Part shown: positions 28,787 to 38,149 of the stretch, one piece after another
Layout of the letters: the number at the start of each line of letters is the position of its first letter
How positions within the stretch are numbered: position 1 is the first letter of the stretch
The notes under the pieces: model-generated
The model's input: only the letters and a program-made list of their open reading frames with translations
What the model was told of the DNA's origin: nothing
The model's database searches: none
Source of the DNA: an uncultured Acidobacteriaceae bacterium
GTDB taxonomy: Bacteria > Acidobacteriota > Terriglobia > Terriglobales > Acidobacteriaceae
DNA length: 64,000 bases
NCBI GenBank assembly: GCA_963773965.1
Contig: CAVZDG010000010.1
Location: 50,693-114,692, forward strand
Direction: 5' to 3'
Made by a program: the position numbers and the translations under genes

Positions 28787-30147
28787 CTAGCAGTGCACGA
28801 TCTTGTCGCTCTTGATGCCGCGGGTGGCGTTGCGCGAATCCACCACCAGTTGGGCCTCGTTGACGATCTTCTTGTAGTCGTAGTCGGAGTGATCGGTGAC
28901 GATGAGCACGCAGTCGTACTGGCCGAGATTGTCGAGCGACGAGCACTTCATTTGCAGGTCGTACTTGCGGCCGCGGCCGACGAAGGGGAAGTAGGGATCG
29001 TTATAGCTGACCACGGCTCCCTCTTTTTGCAGCAGCTCGATGATGGTGAGCGCGGGCGACTCGCGCAGGTCGTCAATATCTCTTTTGTAGGCAACGCCCA
29101 GAACCAGGATCTTGGATCCGTTGATGGCCTTTTTCTGCCGGTTGAGCGCGGAGATGGTGGAGGCGATCACGTTGTAGGGCATGGCCACGTTGATTTCGCC
29201 GGCCAGTTCGATGAAGCGGGTGCGGAAGTCGAACTCCTTCGCCTTCCAGGAAAGATAGAACGGGTCGACCGGAATGCAGTGTCCGCCGAGACCCGGCCCG
29301 GGATAAAACGGCATGGAAGCCGAAGGGCTTGGTGGCGGCGGCGTCGATGATCTCCCAGATGTTGAGGTCCATGCGCAGGCAGAGCATCTTGAGTTCGTTG
29401 ACCAGCGCGATGTTGACGCAGCGGTAGATGTTCTCGAGCAACTTGGTCATCTCCGCGGCCGCGGGCGAGGAGACGGGAACGGTGCGGCGGAAAATGGAGC
29501 CGTAGAGCGCGGCGGCGATTTCGCTGGCCTGGGGATCGAGTCCGCCAATCACCTTCGGAATATCGTGACGAGCCACCTGGGTGTTGCCGGGATCCTCGCG
29601 CTCGGGCGAGAACGCGACCCAGATATCGTTGTCGCCGGCTGCGCCCTTGCGGGAGGCTTTCAGGCCGGCCTTGTTTTCCTTTTCGAGAATCGGAATCAGG
29701 ACTTCTTCGGTGGTGCCGGGGTAGGTCGTGCTTTCGAGGATGACGATCTGACCGGCGCGCAGATAGGGCGCAACGGCGTGGGCGGTGTTGGTGATGTAGC
29801 TGAGGTCGGGCTCGTGATATTCGTTGAGCGGCGTGGGGACGCAGATGATGATCGCATCCATGGCGGTGATCTGCGAATAGTCGGCCGTGGCTTTGAAGCC
29901 GTTCGCTTTCGCCGCCGCGATCTCCTCGGGCGTGATGCGGAAAATGTAGGTGCCGCCGCTCGCCGAGGGTATCGATTTTTCGCTGATCGATATCGAAACC
30001 GGTGACGGGAAATTTCTGCTCGCTGTAGAGCAGGGCCAGCGGCAATCCGACGTAGCCGAGGCCGATGATTCCGACCCGAGCCTGGCGCGCATCGATGCGG
30101 CTTTTCAAGTCGGTAAAGAGGGAAGAAGCGGTGAGTTGAGTATTCAT
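28787..30147 (-). pseudogene. Nucleotide-sugar (UDP-glucose/GDP-mannose family) dehydrogenase, interrupted by two +1 frameshifts
   Basis: The N-terminal Rossmann fold (VGIIGLGYVGLPLA), the middle part (ICVPTPL...AFSPERE) and the C-terminal part (PGPGLGGHCIPVDP) lie in three successive frames. Junctions are at about 29951-29980 and 29312-29318 (KPFGF|c|MPFYPGPG). Confidence 0.8.
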
Positions 30148-30319
30148 AGGCCAGAAATGATTCTAGCATTGGAGGTCACGCTTGGGCCGCGGAAGCTGCG
30201 GTTCTCATTTTCATGCGATTTTTACAGGGCGGATTGCGATCTTGATTACTGCCGGTAATCGAATTCGCCCGCGCAGGGGTTTCCTTAGTAACATGCGGGT
30301 GCAGTAACATGCGCCTTAG

Positions 30320-30891
30320 ATGCGATTCTTACGATTGCTCATTGTGTTCCTGATTTTTGTCCGCGCTGGCGAGCCAGGCGGCGCGCTTTCTGGTGGTGGA
30401 CGAACCGGAAAAGTCCGATGCCATCGTGGTGCTGGCTGGGGAAACCAACGTCCGTCCCGGCCCGCGCTCTGGAACTGCTGCGCCAGGGAGTGGCGCCGCG
30501 CGTGTTTCTGAATGTTCAGACGCGAGATCTGATCTACGATCAGCGACTGACCGACATTGCGCAGAAATACGCGAACGGCCTTCCCGAAGCAAACCGCGTT
30601 TCGGTTTGCCCGATCGCCGGGTTCTCGACCAACGCTGAGGCCGACGACGTAAGCCGATGCCTGCAGCCGCTGGGCGCGCATCGGGTGCTGATCGTGACCT
30701 CCGACTATCACACTCGCCGCGCCTTGACGATCTTTCGCCATCGCCTGCCGCAATACCAGTTCAACGCGGCCGCGGCCCGCGATCCGGCGCACTTCGGCGA
30801 AGCCTGGTGGACGAACCGCGAATGGGCGAAAGTCACTTTTGATGAGTGGTCGAAGATGCTGTGGTGGGAAGCGGTGGACCGGTGGCGGTAG
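30320..30891 (+). pseudogene. DUF218 (YdcF/ElyC/SanA-like) protein, interrupted by two +1 frameshifts
   Basis: The TM helix MRFLRLLIVFLI (frame 1), FLVVDEPEKSDAIVVLAGETNVRP (frame 2) and ARALELLRQGVAPRVFL...VTSDYHTRRA (frame 3) reassemble into a typical DUF218 protein. Junctions are at the T5 run 30354-58 and at about 30457-63. Confidence 0.75.
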
Positions 30892-30993
30892 TCAGTATCC
30901 AGTACCCAGTACCCAGTCAGAAGACTCGAGCGCAAGAAGACCGAGATTGCGGGCTGTTGAACTGGGTACTGAGTACTGGCAACTTTTTCTTTT
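30891..30993 (+). terminator. 7-nt-periodic hairpin (CAGTACC type) plus T-tract; likely terminator
   Basis: gtcagtatccagtacccagtacccagt ... actgggtactgagtactgg followed by caactttttctttt. Confidence 0.6.
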
Positions 30994-31034
30994 GTGCGAT
31001 AGTTTGAAAGCTATTCATCTTCACCGGAGGTTCC

Positions 31035-31256
31035 ATGGCGCAAGTCACGATTACGGTGCGCAAGAACGGTCCTTTGCGCATAGACGATCCCAACGGCGTG
31101 GTCGAGATGGTGGACGCCGACGGCAACAAGTACGATCTGACGGGCAAGCCGGTGTTTTCCCTTTGCCGTTGCGGTGCGTCCGCCAACCGGCCCTTCTGCG
31201 ATGGCAGTCACAAGGTCGCCTTCCAGTCGCCCGCTACGGCGATCAAGATCGGATAG
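31035..31256 (+). CDS. CDGSH iron-sulfur domain protein
   Basis: CRCGASANRPFCDGSH motif. Confidence 0.9.
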   Translation: MAQVTITVRKNGPLRIDDPNGVVEMVDADGNKYDLTGKPVFSLCRCGASANRPFCDGSHKVAFQSPATAIKIG

Positions 31257-31274
31257 GGGCTGGATGCGATGAAG

Positions 31275-31500
31275 GTTCGCTAGCAGGCTGCGGAAAAACT
31301 CCGGCTTCGTATCGGGGCATCGCTTTAGCGATGCCGTAATTCTTCGAAATCAGATGCCCCTTTAGGGGCGGCGTGAGAACTAGTTTTCGGGCACTCCGGT
31401 GAAACGAGAATCCAACCCCGGAGGGACAACCCAACTTAGCCCAGCGCCGGGGTCCCCAGCGCGCCCGCCTTTGGCGCGATGGGTGGGGGAGCGAAGGATC
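31275..31500. repeat. Composite of interspersed repeats
   Basis: agcaggctgcggaaaaactc (also near 7391), an inverted copy of the 26361-26450 element, and an inverted copy of the 7690-7740 element. Confidence 0.75.
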
Positions 31501-31856
31501 GTGTTAAGTCCTCATTCTGTAATATTGTAGGTATAAGTCCTCTCGAATCTATATTTTGGAGTGTTTTGAGCACATAACCCTATGATTCCAAGAGACGGGG
31601 GTGAGGGGGTATCCCCATAACTAACTGTCTACTACACATATAGTAACAGGCAGGAAATAAGCCAATAAGCTCGTGCTGGAAGCTAGCGGACTTAGCCGAC
31701 TGCGGAAAGACTCGGTCTCGCACTGGTTTTTCCGCAGCCAGCGTGGGCGCCATGGCGGGACGCAAGAAAACTCTTTCCCAGGCACGGCCCTCGACCCTAA
31801 ACTGGAGGGTAGGCAGGCCGAGGGTCACTTCCCAGCCCTCGAATCCCGGGGGTTCT

Positions 31857-32975
31857 GTGCGCGTACTGGTGACGGCTGACACGTTCAGCGGAGTGTGGAC
31901 TTACTCGCGCGAACTGGTTTCGGGTCTGGTGACCCACGGGGCGCAAGTCACGCTGGTCAGCTTTGGAGAAATTCCGCTTCCTCATCAGACCGCATGGATG
32001 GACGGGCTGCACGGGCTTGAATATCATCCCACCGCGTTTCGTCTCGACTGGATGCAGGAAGGTGAGCAGGACTTCCACGCGGCACAGGATTATCTGTGCG
32101 CGATCGTTCGCGACACGCGTCCTGATTTTCTGCATTTGAATCAGCTGAGTTTTGGGGCACTGCCGGTTTCGACTCCGCGACTGGTGGTGGCGCACGGCGA
32201 TGTGATCACGTGGTGGCTGAGCATCCACGGACACGAACCCGCCCCCTCGGCATGGCTGAAGTGGTATCGCGAGACGATGGTCGCGGGCTTGAGGCGGGCC
32301 GAGGCCGTGGTCACCACTTCGCGCTGGATGGAAAGGATGCTGCGCGTTGCCTACGGCGACGATTTCGAAGGGCACGTGATCCCGCCCGGACGCAATCCGA
32401 TTTACTTCAATCCGTTTGTGACCAAGGAAGAGTCGGTGCTGGCGATTGGGCGCTTGTGGGATTCGGGAAAGCAGGTGGCATTGCTGACCCAGCACACGCA
32501 CGGCTTGCCGGTGTGCATTGTGGGGGCGGATAATCCGATTCCGGCGCCGCCGGTGCCGATCCGCGCCGACGTGCGCGTCTCCACCGGCGAACACGAGATT
32601 TCGGTGAAAGGAGCGCAGACCGAATCGCAACTGCGCTCGCTCTACAGCAAGTCAACGATTTTTGCGGCGACTTCGCGCTACGAGCCTACGGGACTGGCGT
32701 CGATCGAGGCGGCGTTCTCGCGCTGCGCGCTGGTGGCAAACGACACCGACGTGTATCGCGAACTTTGGGGCGACGCGGCCTTGTACTTCGAACGCAATGA
32801 TGCCGAAAGCCTCGGCGAGGTGCTCGCCCAACTGGACGAGGACCGCGAACTCACGCGCCTCTATGGGACGCGCGCCTACAATCGGGCGCGCGAGCGCTTC
32901 ACGGCGCGACGCATGGTGGACGACTATCTGCGGCTGTATCGGCGATTGCGGACTTCGAAAGTGGCGGTGGCGTAA
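31857..32975 (+). CDS. Glycosyltransferase family 4 (GT-B fold)
   Basis: VLVTADTFSGVWTYSRELV N-terminal domain and a C-terminal E(x7)E-like region (EPTGLASIEAAFSRCALVAND). GTG at 31857 is proposed; the ORF opens at 31743. Confidence 0.75.
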   Translation: MRVLVTADTFSGVWTYSRELVSGLVTHGAQVTLVSFGEIPLPHQTAWMDGLHGLEYHPTAFRLDWMQEGEQDFHAAQDYLCAIVRDTRPDFLHLNQLSFGALPVSTPRLVVAHGDVITWWLSIHGHEPAPSAWLKWYRETMVAGLRRAEAVVTTSRWMERMLRVAYGDDFEGHVIPPGRNPIYFNPFVTKEESVLAIGRLWDSGKQVALLTQHTHGLPVCIVGADNPIPAPPVPIRADVRVSTGEHEISVKGAQTESQLRSLYSKSTIFAATSRYEPTGLASIEAAFSRCALVANDTDVYRELWGDAALYFERNDAESLGEVLAQLDEDRELTRLYGTRAYNRARERFTARRMVDDYLRLYRRLRTSKVAVA

Positions 32976-33128
32976 CGCGGCTAAGGCCTGGCCGTCAGAA
33001 ACTGAGGGCTGTCGCTGTCGAATCTCGCTCTCGAATACAGCCACTCACCAGCCGCATGCTATACTTTTTAAGCAACTTTCCTGTCAGATCAGCAGACGGA
33101 GGACAGTATCGACAAGCGTTTTATCCGC

Positions 33129-33686
33129 ATGAACGAGCGCATCCGGGCCCGCGAAGTTCGCGTGATCGGTGACGAAGGCGAACAGATTGGCGTAATGCCT
33201 CCCTTCGAGGCGCTCAAGATAGCCCGCGAAAGAAACCTGGATCTGGTGGAAATTTCCCCGACTGCGCAACCTCCGGTTTGCCGCATCATGGACTACGGGA
33301 AATTCCTGTACCAGAACGAGAAGCGCGAGCGCGAAGCCAAGAAAAAGCAGAAGACCATTACGGTCAAAGAAGTGAAGTTTCGTATCAACGTGGACGACCA
33401 CGACTACGAAACCAAAAAGAATCACGTGCTGCGCTTCCTCGAAGAAGGAGACAAGGTGAAAGCAACCATCTTCTTCCGGGGACGCGAAATGACACGGCAA
33501 AGCCTGGGCCGCCAGATTCTGGAACGTCTGATCAAGGACGTCGATCAGAAAGGTTTGGTGGAGTTCCGTCCACGGCAGGAAGGCAATACGCTGCACCTGA
33601 TTCTGGCGCCGAAGAAGGAAACCGGGGCGAAAGAAAAGCCACCCGCTCCTCCTCCCGCGTCGCGAGGCGGCGCGCAGACAGCGTAG
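33129..33686 (+). CDS. infC: Translation initiation factor IF-3 (the true start may be the in-frame ATC at 33108)
   Basis: INERIRAREVRVIG...PPVCRIMDYGKFLY...FRGREM are canonical IF-3 segments. Confidence 0.95.
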   Translation: MNERIRAREVRVIGDEGEQIGVMPPFEALKIARERNLDLVEISPTAQPPVCRIMDYGKFLYQNEKREREAKKKQKTITVKEVKFRINVDDHDYETKKNHVLRFLEEGDKVKATIFFRGREMTRQSLGRQILERLIKDVDQKGLVEFRPRQEGNTLHLILAPKKETGAKEKPPAPPPASRGGAQTA

Positions 33687-33688
33687 GG

Positions 33689-33820
33689 CAGTTGTCAGTC
33701 GTCAGTTATCAGCCATCAGTAAAATCTCATGGCGCGATCGCTAGCGGACGGATAGAGTGTTTTGCGCTGCCTAACGCTGATGATGTAACTGAGAACTGAC
33801 AACCGAGAACTGAGAACTGA
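33689..33820. repeat. Long hairpin of 7-nt-periodic repeats (CAGTTNT type) filling the infC-rpmI spacer
   Basis: cagttgtcagtcgtcagttatcagccatcagt ... gctgatgatgtaactgagaactgacaaccgagaactgagaactg. Ends 6 nt before the rpmI ATG. Confidence 0.8.
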
Positions 33821-33825
33821 TCTTT

Positions 33826-34020
33826 ATGCCTAAACTAAAAACACACAAAGGCGCTTCCAAGCGCTTCAAGAAAACCGGGACGGGAAAAGTGAAGCGGCAC
33901 AAAGCGTTTCTCCGCCACATCCTGACCTCGAAGGCCAAAAAGCGCAAGAAGAAACTGGGAAATTCCGTGCTGGTGAGTGCTGCGGACCTTCACAAGGTAA
34001 AGCGGATGATCCCGTACTAA
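33826..34020 (+). CDS. rpmI: 50S ribosomal protein L35
   Basis: [24 protein letters not shown]. Confidence 0.97.
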   Translation: MPKLKTHKGASKRFKKTGTGKVKRHKAFLRHILTSKAKKRKKKLGNSVLVSAADLHKVKRMIPY

Positions 34021-34227
34021 ACCAGTGGTTAGTGGTTAGTGGCTAGTAAAACCAAGACCCTGAAAAGTCTGCGGAGCGAAACGCCCCGCAGCGGCGCGTG
34101 AAGAGGCCGGGCTTCAGAAATCCCATTCCCACCCCAGAACGGCAAAACCGGCCGTTCCGGGGACGCCGGTTCGGGGAGAAGCCTCCTTACCTCCAGCCGC
34201 CAGGCGAAGTAAAAAAGGAGAACAGCA

Positions 34228-34596
34228 ATGCCTCGTGTAAAACGCGGAACCAAACGCCGCGCCAAGCGCAAAAAGATTCTTGAACGCGCCAGTGGATATT
34301 TCCTAACTAAGTCCAAACTTTACCGTTCGGCGAAAGAAGCCGTCGATCGCGCCCTGAAGTTTGCCTACTCCGGCCGCAAACAAAAGAAGCGCCAGTACCG
34401 CTCGATCTGGATCGTGCGCATCGGCGCCGCCGCCCGCCTGAACGGACTGAACTACAACCAGTTCATAAGCGGGCTGAAGAAAGCCGGCGTGGAACTGGAT
34501 CGCAAGATCTTGGCGGACTTGGCGGTGAACGATCCGGCGGGGTTTGGCAGTCTGGCGGAACAGGCGAAGAAGGCGAACGCGGCGGCAGCAGCGTAG
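34228..34596 (+). CDS. rplT: 50S ribosomal protein L20
   Basis: [18 protein letters not shown]...[25 protein letters not shown] Shine-Dalgarno sequence upstream. Confidence 0.97.
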   Translation: MPRVKRGTKRRAKRKKILERASGYFLTKSKLYRSAKEAVDRALKFAYSGRKQKKRQYRSIWIVRIGAAARLNGLNYNQFISGLKKAGVELDRKILADLAVNDPAGFGSLAEQAKKANAAAAA

Positions 34597-34643
34597 AACA
34601 GCCGTCAGCTGTCAGCTCTCAGTTTTCGTTCTTAATTTAATCT

Positions 34644-34723
34644 TGTCATCCTGAGCGAAGCGAAGGACCTGCTGTTTCGCGCACCGACAAGAAAACAGGT
34701 CCTTCGCTTCGCTCAGGATGACA
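34644..34723. repeat. Perfect 28-bp-stem palindrome (tgtcatcctgagcgaagcgaaggacctg element)
   Basis: 34644-34671 is the exact reverse complement of 34696-34723. A single arm recurs at 47100-47126. Confidence 0.9.
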
Positions 34724-34748
34724 GTTCTTGCAAGAGTTGCTCGGGAAT

Positions 34749-35864
34749 ATGTCCTACTCAGTCCCCAAACTGACCGACTTCTCGACAGCAGCGCTCGATG
34801 GCGCCGTGCGCGAACTTCTGTCTGCGCTGGAGCACGAGTCGGCAGCGGTCGCATCCGAGAATGACTGGAAAGCATTTCGCGATCGCTGGGTGGCGCGCAA
34901 GAACGGCGTGCTTACGCAGCTGAACGACCTATGGTTGAAAGCCGCACCGGGACCGAATAAGCGCGACGTCGGGCAGCGCGTCAACGAACTCAGGACCAAA
35001 GTCGAGCCAGCGGTTGATGCGACGCTCGCCCGCATTCAGAGCGGGGCTTCCTCTGGCAAACTCGCCGCCGAGCGTCTCGACATCACGCTCCCCGGCATTC
35101 GCCGTCCCTTGGGCGCGGAACATCCCGTCATCAAGACGATGAACGAGATCATTGGGGTATTTCGCAGATCTGGATACTCGGTCGAGGAAGGTCCGGAGAT
35201 CGAAACCGATTACTACAACTTCGAGGCGCTGAACTTTCCGCCGAACCATCCCGCGCGCGACACGCAGGACACATTGTTCATCGCGGGGCAGGAATCGAAG
35301 CCGCTGCGCGACCGGCTGCTGCTGCGCACGCACACTTCGCCGGTGCAGATTCGCACTATGCAGAAAATGAAGCCGCCGGTGCGCGTGGTGTGTCCGGGGA
35401 AAGTTCATCGCAATGACGCGTTCGACGCGACGCACTCGCCCATCTTTCACCAGGTCGAGGGTCTGGCGGTCGACACCAACATCACGTTCTGCGATCTGAA
35501 GGGCACGCTCGACCACGCCATGAAAGCGATGTTCGGATCGAGCGTGAAGACGCGCTTCTATCCGTCGTTCTTCCCGTTTACCGAGCCGAGCGCCGACGTG
35601 CAGATCAGTTGCATCTTCTGCGATGGTAAGGGCGTACGCGACGGCGCTCCATGCCGGAACTGCAAAGCCAGCGGATGGATTGAACTGCTAGGCTGCGGCA
35701 TGGTCGATCCGAATGTGTACGGCTTCGTGGATTACGATCCGTTGAAAGTCTCGGGATTCGCCTTCGGCATGGGCGTGGAACGGATTGCGATTCTGAAGTA
35801 CGGCGTGGATGATATTCAGCTGTTTTTTCAGGGCGATGTGCGGTTTCTGGAGCAGTTTGGGTAG
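34749..35864 (+). CDS. pheS: Phenylalanine--tRNA ligase alpha subunit
   Basis: HPARDTQDTLF, LLRTHTSPVQIR and GFAFGMGVERIAILKYG motifs. Confidence 0.97.
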   Translation: MSYSVPKLTDFSTAALDGAVRELLSALEHESAAVASENDWKAFRDRWVARKNGVLTQLNDLWLKAAPGPNKRDVGQRVNELRTKVEPAVDATLARIQSGASSGKLAAERLDITLPGIRRPLGAEHPVIKTMNEIIGVFRRSGYSVEEGPEIETDYYNFEALNFPPNHPARDTQDTLFIAGQESKPLRDRLLLRTHTSPVQIRTMQKMKPPVRVVCPGKVHRNDAFDATHSPIFHQVEGLAVDTNITFCDLKGTLDHAMKAMFGSSVKTRFYPSFFPFTEPSADVQISCIFCDGKGVRDGAPCRNCKASGWIELLGCGMVDPNVYGFVDYDPLKVSGFAFGMGVERIAILKYGVDDIQLFFQGDVRFLEQFG

Positions 35865-35865
35865 G

Positions 35866-35942
35866 CGGCTGCGAGCTACGGGCTTCGAGCAATCGCTCAC
35901 GAGTCAAGCTCGCTCGTAGCTCGCGGCTCGAAGCTCGTAGCG
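35866..35942. repeat. Imperfect repeat-built hairpin (CGAGCTN type) between pheS and pheT
   Basis: gctgcgagctacgggcttcgagc ... gctcgtagctcgcggctcgaagctcgtagc. Confidence 0.7.
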
Positions 35943-35956
35943 GACGTTCTTTCAAA

Positions 35957-38002
35957 ATGAAAATCTCTCCCCATTGGCTACGCGACTTCGTTGACCTGCC
36001 GGTCGACTACTTGCGTCTTGCGGACGAACTCACCCTCGCGGGTGTCGCGGTCGAGGGCATCTCGGGCTCTGGCGACGCAACCGTTTATGAGATGGAGATC
36101 ACGACCAACCGTCCCGATGCGATGAACCATTATGGCGTGGCTCGCGAGGCCTCGGCGCTCTACGATCTGCCGCTCCGGCCGATCGAGCCGAAGCTGCCGC
36201 CGTCGCAAGGCAAGTCCGACGTCACCATCGACATTCAGGAGCCGGAGCTGTGTCCGCGCTTTACGGCGCGTGAAATTCGCGGTGTCACCGTCAAGGGCTC
36301 GCCTGCAATTGTCGCCAGTCGCCTGTTGCTGCTCGATCAGCGGCCCATCAGTAATGCGGTGGACGCTACCAACTACGTTTTGTGGGAAAGCGGCAAGCCC
36401 ACCCACGTGTTCGATCTCGATCTGCTCGAAGGGCGCAGGCTGGTCATACGGCGCGCCCAGGCCGGCGAAACGCTGAAGACTCTGGATGGCGTGGAGCGCA
36501 AGCTCTCCACCGAAGATCTCGTCGTTGCCGACGCGAAAAAGCCGGTGGGGCTGGCCGGTGTGATGGGCGGCTTCGACACGATGATCACCGAGCGCACGAA
36601 GAACATCCTGATCGAATCCGCGTGGTGGGACCCGGCCACGGTCCGCCGGATGTCGAAGCGTCACGGTCTGCACACCGACGCCTCGCACCGGTTTGAGCGT
36701 GGCGCAGATTTCGAGTCGACTGTGATTTCGACAAATCGTGTGGCGGAATTGATTCTGGCTTCGGGCGCCGGAACTCTGGTTGGCGACGTGATCGACGTGA
36801 TCGCTCGCCAGCTTGATCTGGCTCCGGTGGAACTTGACCTGCGGGAAGTGCACCGGATTCTCGGCGAGAAACTCAGCACGCTTGAAATCAGCCGTATCCT
36901 TACTCGTCTCGGTTTCACGGTGCTGCCGGGCAGCGAAGATACTTATCTGGTGCACATCCCGAGCTGGCGCCTCGACATCGAGCGCGAGATCGACATCATC
37001 GAAGAACTGGCGCGGCTGCACGGCTACGACAAGTTCCCCAACACGCTTCCCGTCTACAGCGGCGAGGTCCGCGAACTGCCCGATGCGCACAAAGACACGC
37101 GGCTTCGCTCTGGACTGCTGGCGCTCGGTTACAACGAAACCATTTCGCTGACCTTTATTTCGAAAGAAGATGCCCGGCGGTTTTCGACTGCTGCCGAGCT
37201 CGACCTCGCGAACCCGCTGAGCGATGAGGCTTCGGTGATGCGCACATCGATGGTTCCGAGCATGTTGAACATGCTGGCTTACAACCTGAATCGCGGCACC
37301 GACAATGTTCGCCTGTTCGAATCTGGAAATGTATTTGAGGCGTCGGGCGAGAAGTCGGTGGAGCTGAAGCGCATCTCGATGGGCGCGACGGGCAGCGCCG
37401 TAGAAGCGGGAGTTCATCAGGCGGCGCGTCCGCTCTCGTTCTTCGATCTGAAGGGCGACATCGAAAGCCTGCTCGCGTCCTTCAGCCATTGGACGCTGTA
37501 CTACGATGCGCAGGCCGTTAATGAGAAAAGCGCCGATTACTATCATCCCGGACGTTCGGCGCGCGCCGTGCTGGATGGCGCTACCGTCGCCCAGTTTGGC
37601 CAGATCCATCCCGATGTGGCCGCGGCACGCAAACTGCGGCAGGATGTTTTTGTCGCCGAGATCTATCTCGACCGGCTCTACCAGCACGATCTGCGCCAGG
37701 TGCGTTATGAAGCGCTGCCGCGCTTCCCTGCCGTCGAGCGCGACTTCTCCTTTGTGTTTAATGACGGCGTGGAGTTCGAGAAAATCCACCAGGGCGTCAG
37801 CGGATTGGGCGTCGCCGAACTGCGCAGTTTCGTCGCGGTGGAAATTTTCCGCGGCGAAAAGGTCGGCGAGGGCAAGTACTCGATTCTGATGCGGGCCAAG
37901 CTCCAGTCGAGCGAGCGCACCCTGCGCGAAGATGAAGTAGCGCAATGGTCGGGGCAGATTGCGAAGGCGCTGGAAGGGCTCGGCGGAGTGCAGAGGGCTT
38001 AG
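35957..38002 (+). CDS. pheT: Phenylalanine--tRNA ligase beta subunit
   Basis: 681 aa with tRNA-binding, B3/4, B5 and FDX-ACB segments. ITTNRPDAMNHYGVAREA is typical. Confidence 0.95.
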   Translation: MKISPHWLRDFVDLPVDYLRLADELTLAGVAVEGISGSGDATVYEMEITTNRPDAMNHYGVAREASALYDLPLRPIEPKLPPSQGKSDVTIDIQEPELCPRFTAREIRGVTVKGSPAIVASRLLLLDQRPISNAVDATNYVLWESGKPTHVFDLDLLEGRRLVIRRAQAGETLKTLDGVERKLSTEDLVVADAKKPVGLAGVMGGFDTMITERTKNILIESAWWDPATVRRMSKRHGLHTDASHRFERGADFESTVISTNRVAELILASGAGTLVGDVIDVIARQLDLAPVELDLREVHRILGEKLSTLEISRILTRLGFTVLPGSEDTYLVHIPSWRLDIEREIDIIEELARLHGYDKFPNTLPVYSGEVRELPDAHKDTRLRSGLLALGYNETISLTFISKEDARRFSTAAELDLANPLSDEASVMRTSMVPSMLNMLAYNLNRGTDNVRLFESGNVFEASGEKSVELKRISMGATGSAVEAGVHQAARPLSFFDLKGDIESLLASFSHWTLYYDAQAVNEKSADYYHPGRSARAVLDGATVAQFGQIHPDVAAARKLRQDVFVAEIYLDRLYQHDLRQVRYEALPRFPAVERDFSFVFNDGVEFEKIHQGVSGLGVAELRSFVAVEIFRGEKVGEGKYSILMRAKLQSSERTLREDEVAQWSGQIAKALEGLGGVQRA

Positions 38003-38149
38003 GGGCTATCTGGCTCGTAAACTGCCCTTCGGGGTAGGTGGGATTAAACGCCGGCTTACAACAGAACCATTGGCGGCAGCCGAAAACAAGTACCCTCTCT
38101 TCAATCTGGAGGCGGCCCTTGCTGGCGACAAGAGGCAGGCGCGACACAC

